Origin: Octopus bimaculoides
Lineage: Eukaryota
Length of the DNA stretch: 64,000 nucleotides
Direction: 5' to 3'
Assembly (NCBI RefSeq): GCF_001194135.2
Contig: NC_068981.1
Coordinates: 131,736,426-131,800,425, forward strand
Made by a program: the position numbers and the translations under genes. This document shows positions 39,613 through 51,200 of this stretch, in pieces (position 1 is the stretch's first letter; each line of letters starts with the position of its first letter). Below the pieces are notes generated by a model. The model did no database searches. It saw only the letters and a program-made list of their open reading frames with translations, and was not told the DNA's origin.

Positions 39613-39618
39613 AATAAA
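39613..39618 (+). terminator. candidate CNOT10 polyadenylation signal AATAAA
   Basis: First AATAAA I found after the stop; followed by U-rich sequence. Confidence 0.45.
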
Positions 39619-39727
39619 TTGTTTCAAAGAAGAAAAAAAACCTTACTTTTTGATGAGTTTGTGTAATTTTGATTTTTATGCGCTTTCATTTTTAGGTGAT
39701 TTAGAAGCCCATAATAACTGGTTTTTC

Positions 39728-40616
39728 GGCGATCATTCGATAGTAGTGTGCTACTTGTCAACCAGTAGTCAGCTGGTCAACATGTCTTTGTTTACATCAA
39801 TTCGGCAATTTCCGTAAAGAAAGAGGGAAAGGGCGTGGATCTATTTTAAAACGGGGGCCACATTTTTCATTAATGTTTTACGTAGTGTTTTTGGTACGGA
39901 AAGACTTTCAAACTTCGTATACTTATCTATTTTGTGTTATAGAACAGAAAAATATTTTTGTATTCGAATTTATTTCATGTAAAAAATTGTCTAATTTCAA
40001 TAATTTCAACCAATCACTGACAAGTATTCAGTTGTTTACATTTACTCCTTTGGCTGATTAAGCAATGTAAAGCGTATTTAATCTCCATACCTTCGTTTTA
40101 TTTGCTTTAACCNNNNNNNNNNNNNNNNNNNNNNNNNNNNNNNNNNNNNNNNNNNNNNNNNNNNNNNNNNNNNNNNNNNNNNNNNNNNNNNNNNNNNNNN
40201 NNNNNNNNNNNNNNNNNNNNNNNNNNNNNNNNNNNNNNNNNNNNNNNNNNNNNNNNNNNNNNNNNNNNNNNNNNNNNNNNNNNNNNNNNNNNNNNNNNNN
40301 NNNNNNNNNNNNNNNNNNNNNNNNNNNNNNNNNNNNNNNNNNNNNNNNNNNNNNNNNNNNNNNNNNNNNNNTTTAAAAAAGATCCAAGGGCGTTAGTCAG
40401 CAGGTAGCAGACAGCAGGCACTCACTTTCTCTCTCTCTCTCTTAAAAACACATGTCACTTATCACTCTCTCTGCTACCTGCTGACTAACGCCCTTTCCCT
40501 CTTTCTTTATGGAAATTGCTGAATTGATGTAAACAAAGACATGTTGACCAGCTGACTAATGGTTGACAATCAGCAGGTACTGGTTGACAAGGAGCGCACT
40601 ACTATCGAATGATCGC
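39728..40616. mobile_element. Mutator-like (or hAT-like) MITE with long TIRs and an 8-9 bp TSD, between the two genes
   Basis: TIR gcgatcattcgatagtagtg...gggaaagggcgt at both ends; TGGTTTTTC at 39719-39727 and 40617-40625; internal gap 40113-40371. Confidence 0.85.
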
Positions 40617-41107
40617 TGGTTTTTCTTTTCTGTTATAGTTTATCATTAATATTTTGCCATGCCAAAATGCGCTGGATAGTTTAGTAAATTTGAATATTCA
40701 TACTCTAGTAGATCCTGTTTTGATAGTTGTTGGAGTACTCTTTCTACTTCGCTGTGAAGTGGAAATAGTAACTTGGTAGCTAAGCTTTAAAAAAAATAGT
40801 TTAGTAAAATTTAAATTCATGACTATGCTATCATCATACCTTTTAATTTTTCATTTATGGTTGTAAATAGTTTAGGCGGGATTTTCAGAACTCTTTTAGG
40901 AAAATTTGAATATCACAACACTGCATTTCATTTCCAAGTAACACTGAAGTTGTCAAAAACACAATACAACTGGATTAGCAGCTCATGCATTATAAGATCA
41001 AATTTGGCAGCAGTTTGTTTCTGCTTATATTTCAACTAATCTAATTGGTGAAAATACTTGCCAGATTGTTAACTGTTCTTCATGCACTGGTTGGCATATC
41101 ACTCACT

Positions 41108-41418
41108 TCATCATCATCATCGTCATTTAACGTCTGCTTTCCATGCTAACATGGGTTGGACGATTTGACTGAGGACTGGTGAAACCAGATGACTACACCA
41201 GGCTCCAATCTGATCTGGCAGAGTTTCTACAGCTGGATGCCCTTCCTAACGCCAACCACTCTGAGAGTGTAGTGGGTGTTTTTATGTGCCAGCGGCATGA
41301 AGGCCAGTCAGGCGGTACTGGTAACGGCCACGCTCAAAATGGTGTATTTTACGTGCCACCTGCACAGGAGCCAGTTCAGCGGCACTGGCAACGATCTCGC
41401 TCGAATGTCTTTACACAT
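41108..41418 (-). mobile_element. RTE 3' UTR fragment
   Basis: Same tail family as 19859-20170. Confidence 0.9.
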
Positions 41419-41751
41419 ATCGTTTTTATATAAAGAATGTTGCTTACATGCTATACTCTATAACCCTAATAATAGTTTCTATCATATATAAATCTTGTTC
41501 CAAAACATAACTTTGTCATAAGGTTTGATGGTGTACTTAGTATAATAATTAATAAGTGGTGAATATTGAAGAGATGCAATTTCCAGCAACCAGAACCCAA
41601 TTTTAATTGTTGATTGAAATCAATTCACTTCTTTTATGCTGCTAATACTTACAGGGCTTCCTCTTCCTGTAATGAAAACAAACCAAAATAATGGCCAAAG
41701 GATGGAATAAACAAAAGAAAAGCAAAAGTGTGGATGCATGATATGTATTAG

Positions 41752-41757
41752 TTTATT
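41752..41757 (-). terminator. candidate proximal DTNBP1 polyadenylation signal AATAAA
   Basis: About 95 nt after the TGA on the minus strand. Confidence 0.45.
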
Positions 41758-41851
41758 AACTGTACTGTTTAATGACAGTTTTAATTTCAGAAATATTTAA
41801 TATTGTTAAATGAAAAGAAACAAATTCAGTCTTAGCAAATTCTGCATGGAA

Positions 41852-42279
41852 TCATTTGTTAGAATTTACAGAATCCTCATTTTGAAAGGTCTCTGTCTTA
41901 CATAAAGCTGGGTTAGTTTGTAGATTTGCATCTTCATCTCCAGTAGAGTGATCTGTCACAGATTCATCAGCCTCTGGATTAACAGATTGTGAATTATCGG
42001 ACTTTGGTGGTTGGTTTTCCCCTTCGGTCTCACTGTATGCTGATGATTCATCAGCAGCTCCCCACTCACTGCCTGGTGTCATAGGGGTCAAAAGGTCAAC
42101 ATCTGAAGGAGAAGTAATGTCTCCTGCTACATTAGAGGAGAAAGATATGCCAAGAAGTCCCTTCTCACTACAAGGAGTTACTTCAGTGGATGCTAAAAAT
42201 GCTGCCAAACCAGATTCATCTTGGTCCAGTGTAATATCACTAAGATCCAGGTTCTTTGTTCCTTCACCATTTGGAAGTC
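41852..42279 (-). CDS. DTNBP1: DTNBP1 exon 7 (acidic tail to TGA)
   Basis: tttattttcAG acceptor; 142 codons including the stop; the true 3' end may differ (see findings). Confidence 0.85.
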
Positions 42280-45200
42280 CTGAAAATAAAGCCAGTCTTC
42301 ATATAAAAAGATTTATTTTTGATTAGGTACAAAATAAATGATGGAGAGGGAGTGGTACAATCAAACCTATTCAAAGAATATTACTGGTGCTTTATTTTAC
42401 TGACTCCAGTGACATGAAAATTCATGTTTACAAACTAAAATAAATCCTAAAGATAATAATGTGATATTAAGCTAGTTACACCATGGAGAAAAAATATGAT
42501 ACAAAAATGTTTCTTTGAGGTACATAGTGATTGTGTTTTGGTGCTATTGAAGGAGACAAGGCTGTTATGTCATAATTGAAATGTAGATGGTTTTATTGTA
42601 TGTTGATGTCTTGCAAACAACTTGCGCATGCAAGTGCTACCAGTCGAGAACTCCACATACCAGAAACCAGCAAGTGTATGGGGTCATCAGGAGAGAATGC
42701 GCGCCGTTTCGGGGCCTACCTCTCGATGGCATCAATGCGCACCGGCCCCCCTCACTGATATGAGGCCCTGCTTGCTAGATCAACTGGTTATTAAAAACAA
42801 AGCTCAATATTTCTCTAGCCATCGCTCATCGTCTCTTTTTAACCAAATCCAGTGGCTAGCCTTCTCCACTGTATTTTGGATATCGGTGTATTTTGAATAA
42901 TGTGCAGAAGATGACAGTGAGTGGTATCATCTGCATAGAAGTAGTTAAAGCAGTGGTTGAACAATAACCAAATCTCATATTACACCAAAATTGATAAAGT
43001 GTAAGTTAGAGAGAGAACACATTAGTATATGGTATAATGAAAGGAAACTCCCAAAAGCTGACAAGTTAATAGAATTTGACAGTTTCCTTTTATCATTTAC
43101 TTGTTTCAGTTATTTGACTGTGGCCATGTTGAGGCATCACCTTGAAGGGTTTTTAGTCAAACAAATCAACTCCAGGATCTATTTTTCTTTAAAGCCTAGT
43201 ACTTATTTTATTGGTCTCTTTTGCTGAACTGCTAATGATATGGGAACATAAACACACCAACACTGGTGTTGTCAAGTAGTGGTGGGGAACAAACATACAC
43301 AAAGACACACACACACACAACCAACTTCTTTCATTTCATCTACCAAATCTACTCGCAAGACTTTGGTCAGCCCAAGGCTAAAGTAGAAGAACACAGTAGA
43401 AGGTGTCGAGCTGGCAGAAACGTTAGCACGCCGGGTGAAATGCTTAGCAGTATTTCGTCTGCCGCTACGTTCTGAGTTCAAATTCTGCCGAGGTCAACTT
43501 TGCCTTTCATCCTTTCGGGGTTGATTAAATAAGTACCAGTTACGCACTGGGGTCGATATAATCAACTTAATCCGTTTGTCTGTCCCCTCTATGTTTAGCC
43601 CCTTCTGGGCAATAAAGAAATAAGAAGACACTTGCCCAAGGTACCATGCAGTGAGATTGAATCTAGAACCAGTTCTCAGGACCAGGCATTTGAAAGTTTT
43701 GCCGAGGCCATTGTCACCAGTACTACTTTCAAATTTTCAAGGGGAAGGGATTCTGTTCCATGATGTAAGAAATGAAATTTTCTGTGTATTTAGATTTACA
43801 GAAATGATAATGGTGATGACTAAGGAGGAAAAGAGGTGGCTTTAAGATGATGGGAGTGAGAGCAATAGATCTATAATCTGTAAGATTAAAGAAGCTGCCT
43901 TTTTTTGGAAATGAGACAATTAGTCTCATTTTTCATAGACTGGAATTGATCTGTACACAGAGAAAAACTGAACATTTTGGCAACATAAAGTCAGGAACAC
44001 AAATTGAGGATATTTAAAAGGACACCATCAGAAATATTTACATTTGGTGATTGTGTAATGGAGAGTAGGATATTTAGGAGGGGTTTAGTTGCATGTACAC
44101 CATAAAGCTGGAAGCAAAATAGGTTTTATGAGACATGCTGTTTACAAGGACTATTTTAATTTAGTTCAGTAGGATTCTGCTAAGTTGAAAGAGGCCCTCT
44201 TGGCAAAGGATCTATTTATTGTACAAAAAGGTCTGCTTTGCTTTCCAAGTAGTTGTCTTTCAAGTGTTGTTATGATGAATAACTGACTCCCAGTAGGTGG
44301 TGGTGAATGACTATTGCAAGCAGTATTGTTCACTTGTTGCAGTACAATTTCAAGTGAACAACTTGGGTGTCTTAGTTTTAACTAAGAGAAGAAGTAATTT
44401 TAGTTTGTGTTGCAGGTGAATATTTACAGCCAGAGTTAGTAGACGTACAACCAAAGAGCTAACTTGAAGTGCAGTAGGAATATGTGAATTGTTTTTATCT
44501 TGATTAGGCAGGAGATGGTGATGACTAGGTTTAGAGGTGAGATAAATGTCTGAAATGCAGGATGAGAATTAGTTAACCAATTGATGATGGTAGTGGAAGG
44601 AGTTTGCAAAGTTATATAGACAGACAGGTGCAGGAGTGGCTGTGTGGTAAGTAGCTTGCTTACCAACCACATGGTTCTGGGTTCATTCCCACTGCGTGGC
44701 ACCTTGGGTACGTGTCTTCTACTATAGCCTCGGGCCGACCAAAGCCTTGTGAGTGGATTTGGTAGACGGAAACTGAAAGAAGCCTGTCGTATATATGTAT
44801 ATGTGTGTATATGTTTGTGTGTCTGTGTTTGTCCCCCCAACATCGCTTGACAACCAATGGTGGTGTGTCTAGGTCCCTGTAACTTAGCGGTTCGGCAAAA
44901 GAGACCGATAGAATAAGTACTAAGCATCCATAGAATAAGTCCTGGGGTCGATTTGCTCGACTAAAGGCGGTGCTCCAGCATGGCCACAGTCAAATGACCG
45001 AAACAAGTAAAAGAGTAAAGGAGAGTAAGACATCATCATTTTATGTCCACTTTCCATGCTGGCATTGGTTGGATGAGTCATTTCTTACAGCAAACCACTG
45101 CTCTCATAGGCTAAAGCTCATATATGTTATTTTTACCCAGTTTCTATGGTTGGATGCTTTTCTTATCACCAGCCCCTTTATAGAATGTAATGGGAGCATT

Positions 45201-48200
45201 TTCTTGTGGTATCAGTACTAGAGAGGTTTATAAAATAAGACTAAAGAGAACTCGAAACCCTGTGCTTTTTCTACTCCTTTGCCATCCATTTTACATTTGT
45301 GTAATGGGGATATTTTACATGGCATCAGTTTTCTCCACTTGCTTACCATCCACTTTACAGTGTATAGTGTATGTATTTTTCATGGTATCAAAATTAACCC
45401 TTTAGTGTTTAAACCGGCCATATCTGGCCCAGATATTTCTTCTGTTTTATGTTCAAACTGGCCTGATCTAACCTCTCACACCTACCCTACAATGCCATTC
45501 TAAAAATAGACAACAACAGCATCAAAATCTCAAAGTTATGAGACAATATATTATTAATTCAAAACAATATGAATAAATAAGTTTTACACTTGACAGAGTA
45601 ATTTGAACACTAAAGGGTTAAGGACATTGTTGAGTCCTTCAGATAGAACTAAGGGACACTCAACCCTATTTCACTTCTGCTCACTCACTAATCACTGTAG
45701 CTAAAGTCCGTTGGGGAGAGGGAGTGTTTTTTTCCTGTGGTACCAGTATATGAATTGTGTGAGGAGGGTGCCTTGTACACTGTGAGTGCAGAGAGTACCC
45801 AGTGACCTAAGATGTGTGCTTTTGCTCATTTAATATGACTGAAGAGGGAAACAGTGGAAGGCCAGAACAGAAGTGGACAAATGCAAGAGAAGGTTGTAGG
45901 TGATAACAGAAGTGGTGCAACAGAGAGAAAGATTGTGGATGGCAGCAGTACAGAAGAGTGAAGTGTAGTGTATTGAGAGGGAATTTGACCAAATGAAGGT
46001 GAGGCAAGTCTATACATGTGTTCATACCATCTTTCTTACTGCAGAAGCCATCTAAGTTAGCTGATATGTTTCAGAGAAATAAGAATGAATAAAGTGGAGG
46101 GTGTGAGAGGAAAGAAGACAGAGGGTAAACAGAAGAAAAGAATGAGGAGAATATTTGAAGATTGTATATAGATGAAGTAGGTAACATTCTTTGGTGAAAA
46201 TGTGATAAGGTGGTTACATAAAAGAAACTAAGTTTAGAACATGTAGGCAGAATTTTGAATAAAACAGAATTTCAATTAATGTAGTAGGTGGATCATCTAC
46301 ATATGTTCTAATTGAAGTTAATTATTTTATGAACATTAAATGTCAGACCATTATTCCTTGAAAGAGTAAACAGAAATGAAGCCAAAACAGAATTTTGTAA
46401 GGTGGAAGAAAAGAAAAAGGATAAAAGATTAGAATGAAGGTGGAAGTTCTATCATTAATATGTAATAAGTATAGAGTAGAGAACTGAAGCTGTTGTAGAA
46501 GCAAATAGGAAACATACTGTTCATATGGCCATGTGTACGATAATAATCTAAGTCATTTTGGAATGCTTCTTCAAATGTTTCTGATCTTTCACGCAGTACA
46601 TCCTGCTTCTGTTTTACCTTTTTCTCAGCTTGGATTGCAAGTTCTATGTTCTTTTGAGCTGAAAAAAAATACAAATAACAGTTATTACTTACAACAAAAG
46701 TGCCTTTATTCACTGAAGTGTTATAAAAATATTTTTCTAAAATCATTTGACAGAGAGGTAGTGCCATTAACACAGGCCAAATTACGACGATGAGGTTGAT
46801 ATAGTTCATGTTCAGTCTGAATATCTGTAGGTTGAACTTTTAGGAAAACATGAGAAGATTGATTAGGAAAAAGGGTTTAGTGCATGATCTTGAGAGGCGG
46901 AAGAATGCATGAAGTGAACTGGACAGAGTGGTATGCTGCTCACTAGCACAAAGAGATGAAGTTACTGTGTTGGTAGAAGAGACTATTTTGAGCCAGTGAT
47001 ATTTTTGCGTTGGTGAGCAAGTCTTCACCAATCAGCTGGACAACCTTCTTTTAGATATAATCCAAACATGCACAGTACAATTAAACTTCATAAAGAGTGG
47101 GTAATTGGTTGCATTGAAGTTGTCATTGTTGTGCAAGTAATAAACAAGGCAGAGGCAATTGATGTAAGTCAGTTACTGTTTCTCTACCGAAGTATTTTAT
47201 GACCCTGGACAGGAAACCTAATCTTTAAAATGCAACAGGTACAAGTACAATGAACTTGCAAATCCCAAGATTTTTGTACACACTGGTTGCTAAAAATTAG
47301 AGGGAACATTAACCCTTTAGTATTTAAACCAGCCATATCTAGCCCAAATATTATACTTGTTTTATGTACCGACTACCCATATTCAGCCTCTCACACCTAC
47401 TCTACATTGCCATACTAAAAATATACAAGCACATCATCGAAATCTCAATACAAAAAGATAATGCATGAGTAATTCAGAATAATGCAAATAAATAAGCTTT
47501 ACATTAGACAGAATAATCTGAATGCTAAAGAGTTAATCTCTGACTTCTTTGTTCAATGTGAGCTTCCTTTTTCAAGACAACTTGGATACTTGGATGTGGT
47601 TTAAAAGAGATTTGGCTGCTATCTCTAGCAAGTAAAGTAACTACATAGAGACTGCCTCATTAGTCCAGATTAAATGTAGTTGAAGTTTTACATAAAGCAT
47701 TTAAAAAAAAAAATTGTCAACTTTTCACTTATAAGAAATAATTTTTGAAAATATAATTTTCATTCCCCTTATGATAAAGTCATCATGCATTAAAAAGCAG
47801 GGGAGATGATGATGGGAAATTAGTGCTTACTGTTCAGCCGGAATTGTTCTAAGTTGATTGATGGTGGGTAAAATAAAGAGTGGGCAAGATGTAATAGTAT
47901 GGCATCTAGAGCTTAGGGTACAGTAGTAAAAAAAAAAAAAGATTTGGTGCAGATGAGTTCAGAGGTTAACACATGGTAGTACTATAGGGAGAAAAACAGC
48001 AAAGGTTGTAGAGTGTTATTAAGTTAAAGTTTAACTACTAGGAGACTAAACTTTTCTTCAGTTTATTTGGGAAATAAGACTACAGAATAAATGTCTCTAA
48101 AAATATCAATAAGAAAACTACAAGAATGATTTCTTTTTAAATACAGTAATTGTATAGTAAAAATGAAAAGATATTTCATCTTACATGCTAATCTTTTCAA

Positions 48201-51200
48201 TTCTTCTTCTTTCTTTCTCCTATAATTATTGAGTTGGTCTGTGTGTGATTGCATATGTTGTTTCAGTTCCTGGGTTTCGCTAACATTCTCCAATCGCACA
48301 AGGGCTGACTCAACTGAATCACAACTCTCTTCTAAGCAAGCTACATAAAAAAAAAATTATCTTTACATTATATAGAGAAACACATGGAAAATTTCATAAG
48401 CTTTACAGTTTTGAGTGACATACTGAAATTTATGAAATAAAACAAATCATTAAACATGAAAAACACTTAACCTCTTTAAAAAACCACACAATGAGTGCTA
48501 ACCCCAAAATTTTCAACCTAAGGTGGTGAATTGTTTTGTTTTTTTTTATTTTTCTTGGTTTTCTTCTCTTCTTCTCATTCTTATGTATATATTTAAATCT
48601 AATATAATAAATTCAAACCTGAAGTGTTACAGCTGCAAACTCTGCATAAGTACAACAGAATTTAATTAACATAAAAATATCTTCAAACATTTATATGCAA
48701 TCCTAATTAAAGATCTGATTAAGTTTCATAGAAAATTGATACTGCTAAATCTTTCATTAGCTTAATAACATCCATATTCACCAGGTCTATAGACATTATC
48801 AGTAACACACTTTGAAAACTTGATGTGATCCAAGCCACTGGCTTCACAGAGGTTCCTCTACCCAGCATCCTGTGAATGTTGTCAGTCAGCAGCTGACTCT
48901 TTCACTAAGACTGCACATCCAATATACTGTTACCTATGGCTTTCCCTATAACCCAATGAGCAGTGAACTCAAAATCAGTTCACTGTTTGAACCCTCACCA
49001 AACACTACAAGATAAGGCTTGATGACACATACACCTGCTTGCTATGGATTGTTCTGAAAATTTTCAGGGAAAAGCATCAGAACAAAGAAAGGCTGTGTGG
49101 CAGTCTTTTTACTATCACTGAGATAGACACGTGTTTTTCAGATTGTTGGAGAGTTAAGCAAGACCTTGTTAGTGATACACTAAACTCCTATGGACACACT
49201 GACATAGATACACACAATTTGGCCACCCAGTAAACAAATCATTCATCAACTAGCTTTGTATGGACACTGAATGTTGCCCTGCTGATCTCCTGAATGCTAT
49301 GCAAGATTGTGATGGGCAGCACGACTGATTCAGAGCAAATCTGAGCAACCTCAACCCAATGATTACTGCTAAAGGTAGGGAACAGCTAGTAGCACAATGG
49401 TATGATAATACATTGGAATTTTAAACTGGTGATATGAATTTGATTCCTATCTATTTCTTTTGTAGCTAGTATTGTAGTGCGACAGTAAAGCTTTGTTGAA
49501 GAAAGTATGTAGGCTGCTTTTTATTTGCAGTTGGAGTGTTTTTATTTGTGACACTAAGGCACTTGGTGTAACCATTCATATCACTTCTTATGCTCTTTAT
49601 CTAGTAAGTGTAAACAAAAGGTAAACATTGATATTAGTTTCCTAGCTGCTTGTCAATGCCAGTGCATGTGATCTTTCTATTCCTTGTCAATCTACATAAA
49701 TTCCAAAGAATGGAAAAAATGAGAAGCATTGGAAATCTTGCTTACCCAATAAATCAGTCAAGTTCTGCAAAACACCCAAGAAACTTGGAAGACTTTTCAC
49801 TTCTCTATAAAATCCAGTTAAATTGTTACAGTTCTTTTTTATATCACCATATATAATTTGGATTTCACGGTCCAATGACTGTAGAAATAACAAAAACAAA
49901 ATTAAAACCAATAACATTAATAATACAAACATTTTAAGAATCATTCTAAAACAGTTGGACTGTACCTATAACCATCAAAAAGATGGCACCAAAGAAAATT
50001 AAGATATTGAATAATTCAAGACTGGCCTTCGTGCCGGTGGCACGTAAAAGCACCCACTACACTCTTGGAGTGGTTGGTGTTAGGAAGGGCATCCAGCTAT
50101 AGAAACTCTGCCAAATCAGATTGGAGCCTGGTGTAGCCATCTGATTTACCAGTCCTTAGTCAAATCGTCCAACCCATGCTAGCATGGAAAGTGGACGTTA
50201 AATGATGATGATGATTAAACAAGAATGTACAGGAAGCTGGTATGTCATGTAGAGTTAGATACAGGCTCAAGGTTTAAGAAGAATCAAACTGGACTTTGAG
50301 TTAAAGCCAATCAATTTACTAGATAATATATAAACTTACATACTGATTAACTATAATAATTTCAAAAGTAGAAAAAGGTAAAAAAGTTTATCATTTATAA
50401 TGTGTGTATCTATTTTGGCCTTCTAAAAGTTGATAGCAAAATAAATTAAAAGATTTTCCTTAACTCTATAGAAATAGAAATTTGTGCAAGGAGCAAAGTT
50501 TGTAGGAAATATTTTTGTGCAAGAAATGAAACTATTTTTTTACACAAAACTAAAAGTAAAATAAGGAATTCCATTACCTCAGCTTTCTTGGCATTTTCTT
50601 CATTGGCTTTTTGTATATCTTTCCATAATAACTGATACCTGTAAGTAATGCCACATTTCCTTTTATCACAAGAATTTCTGATTGATTCACAAGCATATTT
50701 ACGAACAAGCCACTTCTTTTAAAAGCAAGATTCATGTCATCTTCATTATTATTATTTTCATATTCTCTAAAAATATCTTAACTTGTTATTCAGTTGAACT
50801 GAATAAAGCAAATAAGGCTTGTCCTGATGTAATACTACTTGCATACTTTAAACTCATAATGTATTGTTGTTACTTTTGAAAGACAGAGAGATGGTATATA
50901 TCATGGGTATGATAAACCAGATGATTGGTTACTCCGGTATAAGGATCTTGCTGTCTTTACAAGAAAATAATTTAGGAAGCTCTTATTAAACCCTATCGAT
51001 TCCCCAGTAAATTTATATTTTTTTCATTTTGAAATGTTACAATAACAAAATAAATAAATAAACAATGAATAATATTTTACTTGATGCATTCTAGCAATGT
51101 TTTAAAGTTATTAACATCAAAGTTACAGGCAAGAAAATTGACTAATACAATGAACCTTGAACAAGCCATTTGTCATTTTTAAATACCATAATTTTGCCAC

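Larger units (their letters stand above)
43690..47200 (-). mobile_element. scattered, highly degraded CR1/Jockey-group LINE remnants
   Basis: PKKGSFFNLTDYRSIALT (RT N-terminal YRPIAL-like motif) near 43850-43920; WLKIVS endonuclease-like segment near 46950-47030; purine-skewed + strand; the span includes exon 6 and younger inserts. Confidence 0.5.

Noticed and set aside
42650-42770. Canonical hammerhead or HDV-like ribozyme call
   Set aside because: Core motifs are in the wrong order or spacing, and there is no NUH site or catalytic J4/2 match; kept only as an unexplained island
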